A DNA stretch of 64,000 bases from Gemmatimonadales bacterium (lineage in GTDB: Bacteria; Gemmatimonadota; Gemmatimonadetes; Gemmatimonadales; GWC2-71-9), in NCBI GenBank assembly GCA_035604455.1, contig DATNIM010000009.1:1813-65812 (forward strand), read 5' to 3'. Each line of letters starts with the position of its first letter. Within the stretch, counting starts at the first letter, position 1. A model generated the notes under the pieces. That model did not search any database and was not told the DNA's origin. It was given only the letters and a program-made list of their open reading frames with translations. This document shows positions 19,911 through 29,578 of the stretch, piece after piece. A program made the translations under genes and the position numbers.

Positions 19911-20320
19911 AGCACGCCCGCGTCTCGCGCCAGGGTGTCGAGCACCCCGTTGACGAAGGCGGGCGCCTTGGGCCCTGCGAACCACTGGGCGAGTTTCACC
20001 GCTTCGTCGATCACGACGCGCGGCGGCGCCTCGCCCAGCGCGAGCTCCGCCAGGGCCAACCGGAGCACGTTGCGCTCGATCACGCCGAGCCGCTCCAGAC
20101 GCCAGTGCTCGGCGGCGTGCTCGACCCGCGCGTCGAACTCGGGCAGCCCGGCCACCGTCCGGTCGGCGAGCATGGCGGCGCGCGCGAACCCCGGCGGCAG
20201 GCGCCCGAACAGCCGCGCGAGGCCGATCACGACGGTTTCGAGTGGAGGGTGGCCCAACAGGTCCCACGCGTACAACAGCTGCAAGGCCCGGACGCGGCCC
20301 TTAGTCTCGAGACGCTGCAC
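19907..20320 (-). CDS. nusB: Transcription antitermination factor NusB
   Basis: 137-aa ORF with the NusB fold motifs (RVRALQLLYAWD, ERNVLRLALAEL, VVIDEAVKLA). It shows the conserved ribH-nusB linkage. Confidence 0.9.
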   Translation of the reverse strand: MQRLETKGRVRALQLLYAWDLLGHPPLETVVIGLARLFGRLPPGFARAAMLADRTVAGLPEFDARVEHAAEHWRLERLGVIERNVLRLALAELALGEAPPRVVIDEAVKLAQWFAGPKAPAFVNGVLDTLARDAGVL

Positions 20321-20786
20321 GCGTCAGCTGGGCGAGGACCCCGGCGGTGGCAAGCGCCGCCTCGGCCGCCTCGTGGCCCTTGTTGCCCGCCGCCCCGCCC
20401 GCGCGCGCAAGCGCCTGGTCGAGCGTGTCGGTCGTGAGGACGCCGAACCCCACGGGCAGTTGGTGCGTGCGGGCGACGGCGCCGAGGCCCCGCGTCGCCT
20501 CCCCGGCCACGTATTCGAAGTGCGGCGTCTCGCCGCGTACGACGCAGCCGAGTGCCACGATCGCTGCGTAGCGGTGGCTCGCGGCCGCCACCTCGGCCGC
20601 GACCGGCAGCTCGAAGGCCCCGGGTACCCAGATTACGTCCACGCGGGAGTCCGCCACCTGGTGCTCGCGCAAGCAGGCGAGCGCGCCGTCGAGCAGCCGG
20701 GCGGTGACGAGTTCGTTGAAGCGACTGACGACGACCGCGACGCGGCCGCTCGGCGCCGCGCCCGGAGTGCTCAGAATCTCGGCCAC
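20301..20786 (-). CDS. ribH: 6,7-dimethyl-8-ribityllumazine synthase
   Basis: C-terminal 161 aa of ORF 20301..21827, from the GTG at 20786. Motifs are VAVVVSRFNELVT, VPGAFELP and GCVVRGETPHFEYV. Confidence 0.9.
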   Translation of the reverse strand: MAEILSTPGAAPSGRVAVVVSRFNELVTARLLDGALACLREHQVADSRVDVIWVPGAFELPVAAEVAAASHRYAAIVALGCVVRGETPHFEYVAGEATRGLGAVARTHQLPVGFGVLTTDTLDQALARAGGAAGNKGHEAAEAALATAGVLAQLTRAASRD

Positions 20787-20788
20787 GG

Positions 20789-21994
20789 TCAGTGCGTCAG
20801 CAGGTGGCCGAGCTTGTCGCGCTTCACATCGAGGTACGAGCGGTTCTCGGCGGAAGCGGGCGGCACGAGCGGCACGCGCTCGACGATCTCGAGCCCGTAG
20901 CCCTCGAGGCCCACGAGCTTCATGGGGTTGTTGGTGAGAATGCGGATCGACGAGAGCCCGAGGTCGAGCAGGATCTGCGCGCCGATGCCGTAGTTGCGCA
21001 GGTCGGCCTTGAAACCGAGCTTCTCGTTCGCCGTCACCGTGTCGTGTCCGGCGTCCTGAAGCTCGTAGGCCTTGAGCTTGTTGAGCAACCCGATGCCCCG
21101 ACCTTCCTGATCGAGATACACGACCACCCCGCGTCCCGCCTCGGCCACGAGCTGGAGCGCGCTGTGCAACTGCCAGCCGCAGTCGCAGCGCCCGGACCCG
21201 AAGACGTCCCCCGTGAGGCACTTCGAGTGCATCCGCACGAGGACCTGCTCTGCCCCCTCGACGTCGCCGTAGACCAGCGCCAGGTGCTCGGCCTGATCCA
21301 CGTCGTTCGTATAGCCGTAAATGCGGAATTCTCCAAACGGGGTCGGCAGCCGCGCCTCGGCGGCACGGTGGACGAGGCGTTCGGTCGCGAGCCGGTAGCT
21401 GACGAGCTGCGCGACCGTGATGAACGTGAGCCCGTGCTCGCCAGCAAAGCGCTCGAGCTCGGGCCGCCGGGCCATCGTGCCGTCGGGGTTCAGGATCTCG
21501 CAGATCACGCCGGCCGGATAGCGTCCCGCGAGGCGCGCGAGATCCACGCTCGCCTCCGTCTGCCCGACCCGCTGGAGCACGCCGCCCGGCCGTGCACGCA
21601 GGGGGAAGACGTGCCCCGGTCGCCGCAGGTCGCTCGGAATCGTGTCGGCATCGATGGCCACCCGGATCGTCGTCGCCCGATCGGCGGCCGAGATTCCCGT
21701 GGTGACGCCGAAGCGGCTCGCCGCATCCACGCTCACGGTGAACGCCGTGTCGTGCGCCTCCGTGTTCTGAGGCGTCATCGGCATCAACCCGAGCGCCTGA
21801 CAGCGCTCGGGCCGGAGGGTGAGGCAAATGAGCCCCCGCCCGTGCGTTGCCATGAAGTTGATCGACTCCGGGGTCGCGTGATCCGCGGCCCCGACCAAGT
21901 CGCCTTCGTTCTCGCGGTCCTCATCGTCGGCCACGATCACGAGACGGCCGGCGCGAATGTCCGCGAGCGCCTTCTCTATCGTCCCGAATGGCAT
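20789..21994 (-). CDS. ribBA: Bifunctional 3,4-dihydroxy-2-butanone-4-phosphate synthase / GTP cyclohydrolase II
   Basis: 401-aa ORF with [11 protein letters not shown] and the RibA zinc motif [20 protein letters not shown]. Confidence 0.95.
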   Translation of the reverse strand: MPFGTIEKALADIRAGRLVIVADDEDRENEGDLVGAADHATPESINFMATHGRGLICLTLRPERCQALGLMPMTPQNTEAHDTAFTVSVDAASRFGVTTGISAADRATTIRVAIDADTIPSDLRRPGHVFPLRARPGGVLQRVGQTEASVDLARLAGRYPAGVICEILNPDGTMARRPELERFAGEHGLTFITVAQLVSYRLATERLVHRAAEARLPTPFGEFRIYGYTNDVDQAEHLALVYGDVEGAEQVLVRMHSKCLTGDVFGSGRCDCGWQLHSALQLVAEAGRGVVVYLDQEGRGIGLLNKLKAYELQDAGHDTVTANEKLGFKADLRNYGIGAQILLDLGLSSIRILTNNPMKLVGLEGYGLEIVERVPLVPPASAENRSYLDVKRDKLGHLLTH

Positions 21995-22560
21995 AGCTCT
22001 CTCACGTACTTGCCCAAGACATCCGCCTCCACATGCACCCGGTCCCCCACCGCCAATCCCCCGAGGGTCGTGTGCGCGCGGGTGAACGGAATAAGCGCGA
22101 CGCCCACGCGGTCAGGGCCCAGCCCGTTCACGGTGAGACTCACACCGTCGACCGCGATCGAGCCCTGCGGAATGGCGAGGGCACGCACCGCGGGAGGCAC
22201 GCGTAGATCGACGACCCGCGCGTCAGCCTCGTCCCTGACCTCGACAACGTCGGCCACGCCATCCACGTGCCCTTGCACGAAATGGCCGCCCAACCGATCG
22301 CTAGCGCGCAGGGCCCGCTCGAGGTTGACGCGCCGACCGACGGCGTACTCGCCGAACAACGTCCGGCCGAGGGTGGTCTCGATGACGTGAACACTAAACC
22401 CGCCGGGGAGCACGCGTTCGACGGTAAGGCAGGCTCCGTTCACGGCGATGCTCTCGCCTCGCTTCAACCCCTTGAAGGGGGCGCGGATAGCGAGGGACAG
22501 GCCATCGGCCTCCTTCGCCCGGACCACACGCCCGACGGCGCCTACGATGCCGGTAAACAC
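21976..22560 (-). CDS. ribE: Riboflavin synthase alpha chain
   Basis: C-terminal 194 aa of ORF 21976..23412, from the GTG at 22560 ([12 protein letters not shown]...). It has duplicated lumazine-binding repeats ([11 protein letters not shown] / [11 protein letters not shown]). Confidence 0.9.
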   Translation of the reverse strand: MFTGIVGAVGRVVRAKEADGLSLAIRAPFKGLKRGESIAVNGACLTVERVLPGGFSVHVIETTLGRTLFGEYAVGRRVNLERALRASDRLGGHFVQGHVDGVADVVEVRDEADARVVDLRVPPAVRALAIPQGSIAVDGVSLTVNGLGPDRVGVALIPFTRAHTTLGGLAVGDRVHVEADVLGKYVRELCHSGR

Positions 22561-23615
22561 AATTCCCGGTCCAGAACCAACAATGTATCGGGGCCGAGCG
22601 CCCGCCGCTCCACCGCGGTCCAGCGCGGCGCCGACGCGAGCGACGTTCCCGGGACCCCGGGGAACGCCCGCACCGCGTCTTCGCCGAGCCACACGGGCGC
22701 CTGGATCCAGTAGAGCCGGTCGACGAGGCCGTCGGCGAGCAGTTTCATGCCGAGCGCGCCACCGCCCTCGCACAGGAGCGATTCGATGCCCGCGGCGCGC
22801 AGCTCGCCGAGACCCTCGGCGAGCGTCCGCGGCCGAAACACTCTGACGCCCGCTTGCTCGAGGGCCGCGACGCTCGCGGGCGGGGCCTCGAGTGAGGCGA
22901 CGACCCAGGTCGGGACGGTGCGCGCCGTGCTGACGAGCGTCACGCCCGGGTTCAGCATCGCGCGCCGGTCGAAGACGACGCGCACGGGCGCCCGCCGCGG
23001 CACGACCCGGCCGCGCACGGTGAGCGCGGGGTTGTCCATGAGCGCCGTCGTGCCGCCGACTGCGATGGCGTCGAACCCGGCGCGCAACCAATGCGCGTAG
23101 TCCCGGGCCGTCTCCCCCGATATCCACCGCGACTGCCCGGCGGCGTCTGCAATCGCCCCGTCGATCGACGTGGCGAGCTTGAGCCCGACGAAGGGGCGGT
23201 CCCGATGCCTGCGTGCGAAGAGAAACGGGGCGTTCAGCGCGGCCGCTTGCTCGGCGCACAATCCAGTCGCGACCTCGACCCCGGCCGCGGCGAGGATGGC
23301 GAGTCCGCCCCCCGCGATCGGGTCGGGGTCTCGGATCGCCACGCTCACCCGCCCCAGCCCCGCCGCGAGGATCGCAGCCGTACAGGGCGGCGTCTTGCCA
23401 TCGTGGCGACACGGCTCGAGCGACACGACGAGCGTGGCGCCGCGAGCGGCCGGGCCCGCCTGTGCCAGGGCTCGGACCTCCGCGTGCGGGCCGCCGAACT
23501 CCGCATGGTACCCCTCGGCGATGGCGCGCCCGTCGCGGAGAATCACGGCACCCACCATTGGATTCGGGGCCACATGGCCCCAGCCCTCGAGGGCAAGCTC
23601 AAGCGCCCGCCGCAT
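22542..23615 (-). CDS. ribD: Bifunctional riboflavin biosynthesis deaminase/reductase RibD
   Basis: Part of ORF 22542..24341 from MRRALELALEG. It has the deaminase zinc motifs HAEVRAL and LEPCRHDGKTPPC, plus a C-terminal reductase domain. An alternative GTG start lies at 23651. Confidence 0.9.
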   Translation of the reverse strand: MRRALELALEGWGHVAPNPMVGAVILRDGRAIAEGYHAEFGGPHAEVRALAQAGPAARGATLVVSLEPCRHDGKTPPCTAAILAAGLGRVSVAIRDPDPIAGGGLAILAAAGVEVATGLCAEQAAALNAPFLFARRHRDRPFVGLKLATSIDGAIADAAGQSRWISGETARDYAHWLRAGFDAIAVGGTTALMDNPALTVRGRVVPRRAPVRVVFDRRAMLNPGVTLVSTARTVPTWVVASLEAPPASVAALEQAGVRVFRPRTLAEGLGELRAAGIESLLCEGGGALGMKLLADGLVDRLYWIQAPVWLGEDAVRAFPGVPGTSLASAPRWTAVERRALGPDTLLVLDRELCLPAS

Positions 23616-23689
23616 CGCCGCCGCTTCGGGCCCTGCCACGTCAGCGTCCACCGACCCTCGGGGCGGGCCGGGCGGGCCCGAGCTTGCCG

Positions 23690-24715
23690 TCAGCGCTCCG
23701 AGAACCGCACACCTCGCGCCCCCGCCTGGACCTCCCCGATGAGCCAGGCGCCGATCTTCGCGCGATCGGCAGCCCGGCAGACGGCCTCGACGTCGTCCCG
23801 CGCCGCCACGGCAATCATCCCGACCCCGAGATTGAACACCCGCCGCATCTCGCCGAGCGAGATCTTGCCCGACCGCATGAGCACCCGGAACACCGTCGGC
23901 CACGGCCACGCGCCGGCGTCGATCACGGCCTGACACCCCTCGGGAAGGACGCGCACGAGGTTGCCGGCGATCCCGCCCCCCGTGACGTGGGCCAGGGCGT
24001 GCACCCACCCGAGGACCGGGGTCAGGGCCGCGGCGTAGCTCACGTGCACGTCGAGGAGCACCTCGCCCACCGTGCGCGTAGTCTCGGGAAAGAGATCCGC
24101 CACGTCGAGCTTGAGCGTGTCGAAGACGACGCGACGGGCGAGCGTGTAGCCGTTCGTGTGGAGCCCGTTGGCGGCGTACCCGATGAGCACGTCGCCCGCC
24201 CGCACGCGGTCGCCGTGCAGGGCCGCGGATTCGTCGACCACCCCGGCGATCGAGCCGGCCAGATCGTAGTGCCCGGGCTGGTAGAGGTCCGGGAGTTGCG
24301 CCGTTTCGCCGCCCGCGAGCGTCATGTCGTGGGCGCGACACCCGCGGGCCACCCCGGCCACGATCGCGGCCGTGACGTCGGGGTCGAGCGTCCCCGCCGC
24401 CACGTAGTCGAGAAAGGCAAGCGGGCGCGCGCCGTGGACCAGCACGTCGTTCACGCAGTGGTTCACGAGGTCTTCGCCGACCGTGTCATGGATCCCGGCG
24501 CGGGCGGCGACGAGCACCTTGGTCCCGACGCCGTCGGTCGAGAGCACGAGCACGGGCTTCGCGATCCCTGGGGGCACGCGGACCATCCCGGCGAAGGCCC
24601 CGACCTGACCCAAGGCGAGGTTCGTCCGCGTGGACCGCACGAGCTCCGCGATCCGTCGCTTCGCCTCGTCCGCCACGTCGAGGTGCACGCCCGCCAGTCC
24701 GTACCAGTCCGTCAC
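23690..24715 (-). CDS. purM: Phosphoribosylformylglycinamidine cyclo-ligase (AIR synthetase)
   Basis: 341-aa ORF with the PurM motifs ([28 protein letters not shown]-like, GLHTNGYTL). Confidence 0.95.
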   Translation of the reverse strand: [341 protein letters not shown]

Positions 24716-25632
24716 GCGCCCTCGTGATCGGTCTCGAAGTGGACGAGCTCCTTAAAGCCGCGCACCCGCGCGCGCACGTCGGCCGGCTGGACATTTTCGA
24801 GACCGCGGATGCCAAACGCCTCGACCGCGAAGGACCCCATCGCGGCCCCGTACACCATGGCCCGGCGCAGGTTGCCCGGATCGACCGCGTCGGTCGCCGC
24901 GAGGTACCCCATGAACCCGCCGGCGAAGGCGTCGCCCGCGCCCGTGGGATCGAAGACTTCCTGCAAGGGATAGGCCGGCACGATGAACGTGGCCGTCGCG
25001 CTGACGAGCAGGGCGCCGTGCTCTCCCTGCTTCACGACCACGAGCCGGGGGCCGCGATCGAGAATCCAGCGCGCGGCGCGATGGATGTTCCAGTCGCCCG
25101 CAAGCTCGCGCGCCTCGGAATCATTGATCATCAGGAGGTCGATGCGCCGGAGGAGCTCAAGGAGGACGTCGCGCTTGGAGTCGATCCAGTAGTTCATCGT
25201 GTCCGCCCCGACCAGCGTCGGCAAGGCAATCTGGTCGAGCACGCCGAGCTGCAGTTCGGGATCGATGTTCCCGAGAAAGACGTAGCGGGCGGCCCGGAAG
25301 GTCTCGGGCAGCTTGGGCCGGAACGCGGCGAACACCCCGAGGCGGGTCTCCAGCGTTTCCCGGCTCGAGAGGTCGAAGGAGTATTTCCCCTTCCAGCGGA
25401 AGGACTCGCCGTCGGCCCGCTCGACGCCCGCCAGGTCGACGCCGCGCTGTTCGAGCGCGTGGAGGACGCCGAGCGGATAGTCGCTGCCCACGACCCCGAC
25501 GATCTGCACCGGATGCAACACGGCGCCCGCCGCGCTGAAGAACACCGCCGAGCCCCCGGGCGCGTCCGTCGTCTCCCCGAACGGCGTCGACACCGAGTCC
25601 AGCGCGATCGATCCCACCACGAGCAGGGCCAT
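24712..25632 (-). CDS. PfkB-family carbohydrate/nucleoside kinase
   Basis: Last 306 aa of ORF 24712..26424, from MALLVVGSIALD. It has the C-terminal PfkB signature DPTGAGDAFAGGF. Confidence 0.85.
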   Translation of the reverse strand: MALLVVGSIALDSVSTPFGETTDAPGGSAVFFSAAGAVLHPVQIVGVVGSDYPLGVLHALEQRGVDLAGVERADGESFRWKGKYSFDLSSRETLETRLGVFAAFRPKLPETFRAARYVFLGNIDPELQLGVLDQIALPTLVGADTMNYWIDSKRDVLLELLRRIDLLMINDSEARELAGDWNIHRAARWILDRGPRLVVVKQGEHGALLVSATATFIVPAYPLQEVFDPTGAGDAFAGGFMGYLAATDAVDPGNLRRAMVYGAAMGSFAVEAFGIRGLENVQPADVRARVRGFKELVHFETDHEGA

Positions 25633-25634
25633 GG

Positions 25635-27278
25635 CTACATCCGGTCCGGCGCGCGGATCCCGAGGATCGCGAGCCCGTTGGCCAGCACTTGTCGCACAGC
25701 GCGAGCGAGCACGAGTCGGGCCGCCTCTTCGGGCTCGCCCAAAACGCGGTACTTGTGATACCACCCGTGGGCGAGGCGCGCCAGCCCGTCGAGATAGCCC
25801 GTGAGCCGATGGGGCTCGTACACCGCGGCGGCCCGCGCCACCGTATCGGGGAACGCGGCCAGCACGTTCAAGAGCTCTTCTTCTTCGGGCGTCCGAAGCA
25901 CGCCGAGCTCCACGCCATCCGCGGTCACGAGCTCGGGATCGCGCGCGGCGACGCGGAAAATCCCGCTCATCCGCGCGTGCGCCATCTGGACGTAGAACAC
26001 CGGATTTTCTTCCGTCTGGCTTTTGGCGAGATCGACATCGAACACGAACTGCGAGTCGCCGCGGCGCATGAGAAAGAAGTACCGGGCCGCGTCGATGCCG
26101 GTTTCTTCGAACAGCTCGCGCAGCGTCACGAGATCCCCGGTGCGCTTCGAAAAGCGGACCTCTGTCCCGCCGCGCAGGACCCGCACGAGCTGCACGAGCT
26201 CGGCGTGGAAGAAGTCCTCCGGATAGCCCAGCGCGAGCAGCGCCGCCCGCAGGCGCGCCACATAGCCATGATGGTCCGCCCCCCAGACGTCGATGGCCCG
26301 GACGAACCCGCGCTCGCGCTTGCCCCGGTGGTAGGCGATGTCCGGGACGAGATAGGTGAAGGATCCGTCCTGCTTGCGAAGGACCCGATCCTTGTCGTCC
26401 CCGAAGGCGGTGGTCCGGAGCCACAGGGCACCGTCTTCGGTAAACGTGTAGCCGCGCGCCGCAAGCTCGGCGAGCGTCGCCGCCACGCCGTCGTCGCGGT
26501 AGGTGTCCGATTCGAATGAGACGACATCGAACCGCACGCCGAAGGCCGCGAGGTCCGCGTCCTGCTCGGCACGCTCGGCCGCAACGGCCAAGGTCCTCGC
26601 GCGCGCCACGCCTTCCTCAGTCGGAAGATCCGCGAACCCTTTGCCTTCGCGCTCGAGGAGGGCGCCGGCGAGATCCACGAGATACTCCCCTTCGTACCCA
26701 CCCTCGGGCACGCTCGCCGTCCGGCCGACCGCTTGCTGGATACGAGCCCACACCGACCGCGCGAGCTTCTCGATCTGCGCCCCGGCATCGTTCACGTAAA
26801 ACTCGCGCGTCACCGCAAACCCTGCCCACTCAAGGAGCGATGCGATGGCGTCGCCGAGCGCCGCGCCACGGCCGTGGCCCACGTGGAGCGGCCCCGTAGG
26901 GTTGGCGGAGACGAACTCGACGTTCACGCGGGCGTCGTGTCCCTGGTCCGAGCGGCCGTAGCGCGCGCCCGCGGCCAAGATGTCCCGCAGGACGGCGGTG
27001 AGCTGCGCTTCGGCGAGGAAGAAGTTGATGAACCCGGGTCCCGCGATCTCGACCCGCTTCACGTAGCCCGAGGGGAGGGCGAGCGCCTCAACGAGTTCGC
27101 GGGCGACGTCCCGCGGGGGGCGGCCGAGCGGCTTCGCGAGTACCAGGGCCGCGTTGGTGGCGGCGTCTCCATGCGCCTGGTCCCGCGGCGTTTCGAGCTT
27201 GAACTCAGGGGGCTCCGCCACACCGAGCCGCCGCGCGGCGTCGACGAGCGCGGCGCGCAGGGGCTCAAGGCGGGTCAC
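25635..27278 (-). CDS. argS: Arginine--tRNA ligase
   Basis: 547-aa ORF with the class I HIGH-type motif ANPTGPLHVGHGR and the ArgRS anticodon-binding domain. Confidence 0.95.
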   Translation of the reverse strand: MTRLEPLRAALVDAARRLGVAEPPEFKLETPRDQAHGDAATNAALVLAKPLGRPPRDVARELVEALALPSGYVKRVEIAGPGFINFFLAEAQLTAVLRDILAAGARYGRSDQGHDARVNVEFVSANPTGPLHVGHGRGAALGDAIASLLEWAGFAVTREFYVNDAGAQIEKLARSVWARIQQAVGRTASVPEGGYEGEYLVDLAGALLEREGKGFADLPTEEGVARARTLAVAAERAEQDADLAAFGVRFDVVSFESDTYRDDGVAATLAELAARGYTFTEDGALWLRTTAFGDDKDRVLRKQDGSFTYLVPDIAYHRGKRERGFVRAIDVWGADHHGYVARLRAALLALGYPEDFFHAELVQLVRVLRGGTEVRFSKRTGDLVTLRELFEETGIDAARYFFLMRRGDSQFVFDVDLAKSQTEENPVFYVQMAHARMSGIFRVAARDPELVTADGVELGVLRTPEEEELLNVLAAFPDTVARAAAVYEPHRLTGYLDGLARLAHGWYHKYRVLGEPEEAARLVLARAVRQVLANGLAILGIRAPDRM

Positions 27279-27580
27279 TTGTCGGCGGAACCGCTCGGCT
27301 TCGGACCTTCCGGCACCTTCGCCTCGGGCTTGGACTCGGGCTTTGCCTCGGGCTTCTCACCCGCACTCCGCTTCTCGCTCTCACTCTGCTTCTCGCCCGC
27401 CCGCTTATAGTCGGTGGCATAGAACCCGGAGCCCTTGAAGACGATGGCCCCCCCGCCCGAAATCACCCGCTCCGCCATCTTGCCACAGGTCGGGCAGCGC
27501 AGCGGCCGCCCGGCGGTCATCCGCGGCGAGAACTTCTCGAACACGTGCCCGTTCGGGCAGCGGTACTCGTAGGTTGGCAT
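27275..27580 (-). CDS. FmdB-family zinc-ribbon protein
   Basis: 101-aa ORF with MPTYEYRCPNGHVFE...CPTCG and a low-complexity lysine/glutamate-rich tail. Confidence 0.8.
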   Translation of the reverse strand: MPTYEYRCPNGHVFEKFSPRMTAGRPLRCPTCGKMAERVISGGGAIVFKGSGFYATDYKRAGEKQSESEKRSAGEKPEAKPESKPEAKVPEGPKPSGSADK

Positions 27581-27589
27581 CTTACAACA

Positions 27590-27618
27590 ACTTAAGCGCG
27601 CTCAGGGCGACAGGTCAA
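27590..27618 (-). promoter_or_regulatory. Candidate sigma70-type promoter for fmdB-argS
   Basis: Minus strand TTGACC-17 nt-TTAAGT, with only 9 nt between the -10 and the ATG at 27580. It lies in a locally AT-rich patch. Confidence 0.4.
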
Positions 27619-28004
27619 TCGGGCCGGCCCGAGCCCCGGGGAGCAGGCTTCGGGGCGTGCGCCCGCGCCCAGAGCACGAACGCCAGCACAAACGCCCAAG
27701 GCGCGACAGCGAGTGTCGCGACCACGCCGCCCACAAGGCGGCCGCGCATGGGCCCGTGGCCAAAGTAGTACGACCCGAGCATCGCCCCGAGGAGGGCGCC
27801 GAGCACGGTCGCAGCGAGCGGACCGCGCGGGCGGGCCGACCGGGGTGTGAGGAGCGCGAGGGGCACCCCGCCCGCGAGCCCCCCCACCACACCAGCCAGG
27901 CTCACAATCCAGGCGACGCCCCCCATCGCCACGACCCCGAGCATGAGCGCCCGTCCCGCGCGCAGCCGGAAGATTTCGACGTCCCCCCGGGTGGGCGTCG
28001 TCAT
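27615..28004 (-). CDS. Hypothetical small membrane protein
   Basis: 129-aa ORF with 3-4 predicted TM helices rich in G/A/V/L. I recognise no family. It fits the gap between flanking genes. Confidence 0.5.
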   Translation of the reverse strand: MTTPTRGDVEIFRLRAGRALMLGVVAMGGVAWIVSLAGVVGGLAGGVPLALLTPRSARPRGPLAATVLGALLGAMLGSYYFGHGPMRGRLVGGVVATLAVAPWAFVLAFVLWARAHAPKPAPRGSGRPD

Positions 28005-28037
28005 GCGGAGCGCGGGGCAGCAACGCTCGTCTGATCG

Positions 28038-29573
28038 TCACGCATGAGCGTCGCCCCACACCTCGCGCAACGCGTCGCTGATCTCGCCTACCGTAACGCG
28101 CTGGCGGACCGCATCGAGAATGATCTCCATCAGCGGCGCATTCGCGCGCGCCGCGTCCCTGAGCGTCGCAACCACGCGCACGGCCTTGGCATCCCGCCGG
28201 CGACGGGCCTCGCCGACCCGCGCCCGCTGCTCGGCTTCGAGACTCGAATAGTCGGGCGCCTGGATCGTGGGCGTAGGACCGGGCGTCGTGAAGCGATTGA
28301 CGCCGACGACGACGCGTTCGCCCGCCTCGATCGCCTGCTGGTCTCGGTACGCGCTCCGGGCGATCGCGTCCTGCATCGCCCCGCGTTCGATCGCGACCGC
28401 CGCCCCACCCGCGGCTTCGATGTCGTCCAGCAGCGTCTTCGCCTCGCGTTCCACCCGATCGGTCAACGCCTCCACATACCAGCTCCCGCCGAGCGGGTCC
28501 GCGACCTCGGGCACGCCCGTTTCGTAGGCCAGAACCTGCTGGGTGCGCAAGGCGAGCGCGGCGCTGCGATCGGTGGGCAGCGCCAGGGCCTCGTCGTATG
28601 CATTCGTATGCAACGACTGCGTGCCCCCGAGCACGGCGGCGAGTGCTTGCAGTGCTACGCGTACCACGTTGTTCATTGGCTGCTGCGCGGTGAGGGTCGA
28701 TCCGCCCGTTTGCGTGTGAAAGCGCAGCTTGCAGCTCGCGGCGTCGAGTTGGAACTGCTCGGTGAGCACCCGCGCCCAAAGACGCCGGGCGGCCCGGAAC
28801 TTGGCCACTTCCTCAAACAGGTCGCTGAAGGCGGCGAAGAAGAAGGACAGCCGGGGCGCGAGCGCAGCCGCGGCGAGCCCCGCGGCCTTGGCCCGCCGCA
28901 GGTATTCGAGCGCGTTCGCGAGTGTGAACGCGAGCTCCTGAGGGGCGGTCGCGCCCGCCTCGCGCATGTGGTAGCCCGAGACGGACATCGGATTGATGCC
29001 CGGTGCTGCGCCGACGAGAAAGCAACACAGGTCGGTGGCGAAATGCAGGGACGGCGCCATCGGATAGATGAAGGTCCCGCGCGCCGCGAATTCCTTCAGA
29101 ATGTCGTTCTGCACGGTCCCCTGCAGCCGGGCGCGGGCCACTCCCCGCTCTTCCCCCAGGACGACGTACATCGCGACCAGAATCGGCGCCGTCGCGTTGA
29201 TGGTCATCGAGGTCGACACCTGATCGAGCGGGATGTCCTGAAACAGGCGGCCGAGATCGTCCACCGTGTCGATCGCTACGCCGGCCCGACCAACCTCGCC
29301 TTCGGCGCGGGGGTGGTCGGAATCGAACCCCATTTGGGTGGGGAGGTCGAACGCGATCGACAGCCCCGTCTGGCCGGCGTCGAGGAGCTGGCGGAACCGG
29401 CGATTCGTCTCCTCGGGCGTCCCGTACCCGGCGTACTGCCGCATGGTCCACAGACGCGTCCGATACATGGACGGGTGGATGCCGCGTGTGTAGGGGAACG
29501 CACCGGGCAGCGAGGGGTCGCCCGGCGCGTCGGCCGGGCCGTAGTAGCCCTTGCGGGACCCCTCCGTCGGCAT
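28038..29573 (-). CDS. Methylmalonyl-CoA mutase family, catalytic (substrate-binding TIM barrel) subunit
   Basis: ORF 28038..29714 trimmed to the ATG at 29573 (MPTEGSRKGYYGP...). Motifs are FPYTRGIHPSMYRTRLWTMRQYAGYGT and GLSIAFDLPTQMGFDSD. It has no C-terminal B12-binding domain. Confidence 0.9.
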   Translation of the reverse strand: MPTEGSRKGYYGPADAPGDPSLPGAFPYTRGIHPSMYRTRLWTMRQYAGYGTPEETNRRFRQLLDAGQTGLSIAFDLPTQMGFDSDHPRAEGEVGRAGVAIDTVDDLGRLFQDIPLDQVSTSMTINATAPILVAMYVVLGEERGVARARLQGTVQNDILKEFAARGTFIYPMAPSLHFATDLCCFLVGAAPGINPMSVSGYHMREAGATAPQELAFTLANALEYLRRAKAAGLAAAALAPRLSFFFAAFSDLFEEVAKFRAARRLWARVLTEQFQLDAASCKLRFHTQTGGSTLTAQQPMNNVVRVALQALAAVLGGTQSLHTNAYDEALALPTDRSAALALRTQQVLAYETGVPEVADPLGGSWYVEALTDRVEREAKTLLDDIEAAGGAAVAIERGAMQDAIARSAYRDQQAIEAGERVVVGVNRFTTPGPTPTIQAPDYSSLEAEQRARVGEARRRRDAKAVRVVATLRDAARANAPLMEIILDAVRQRVTVGEISDALREVWGDAHA

Positions 29574-29578
29574 GACGC

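Noticed and set aside
23616-23689. An FMN (RFN) riboswitch upstream of ribD.
   Set aside because: Only about 40-75 nt separate purM from ribD, which is too short for the ~140-nt RFN element. No conserved RFN core sequence was seen.
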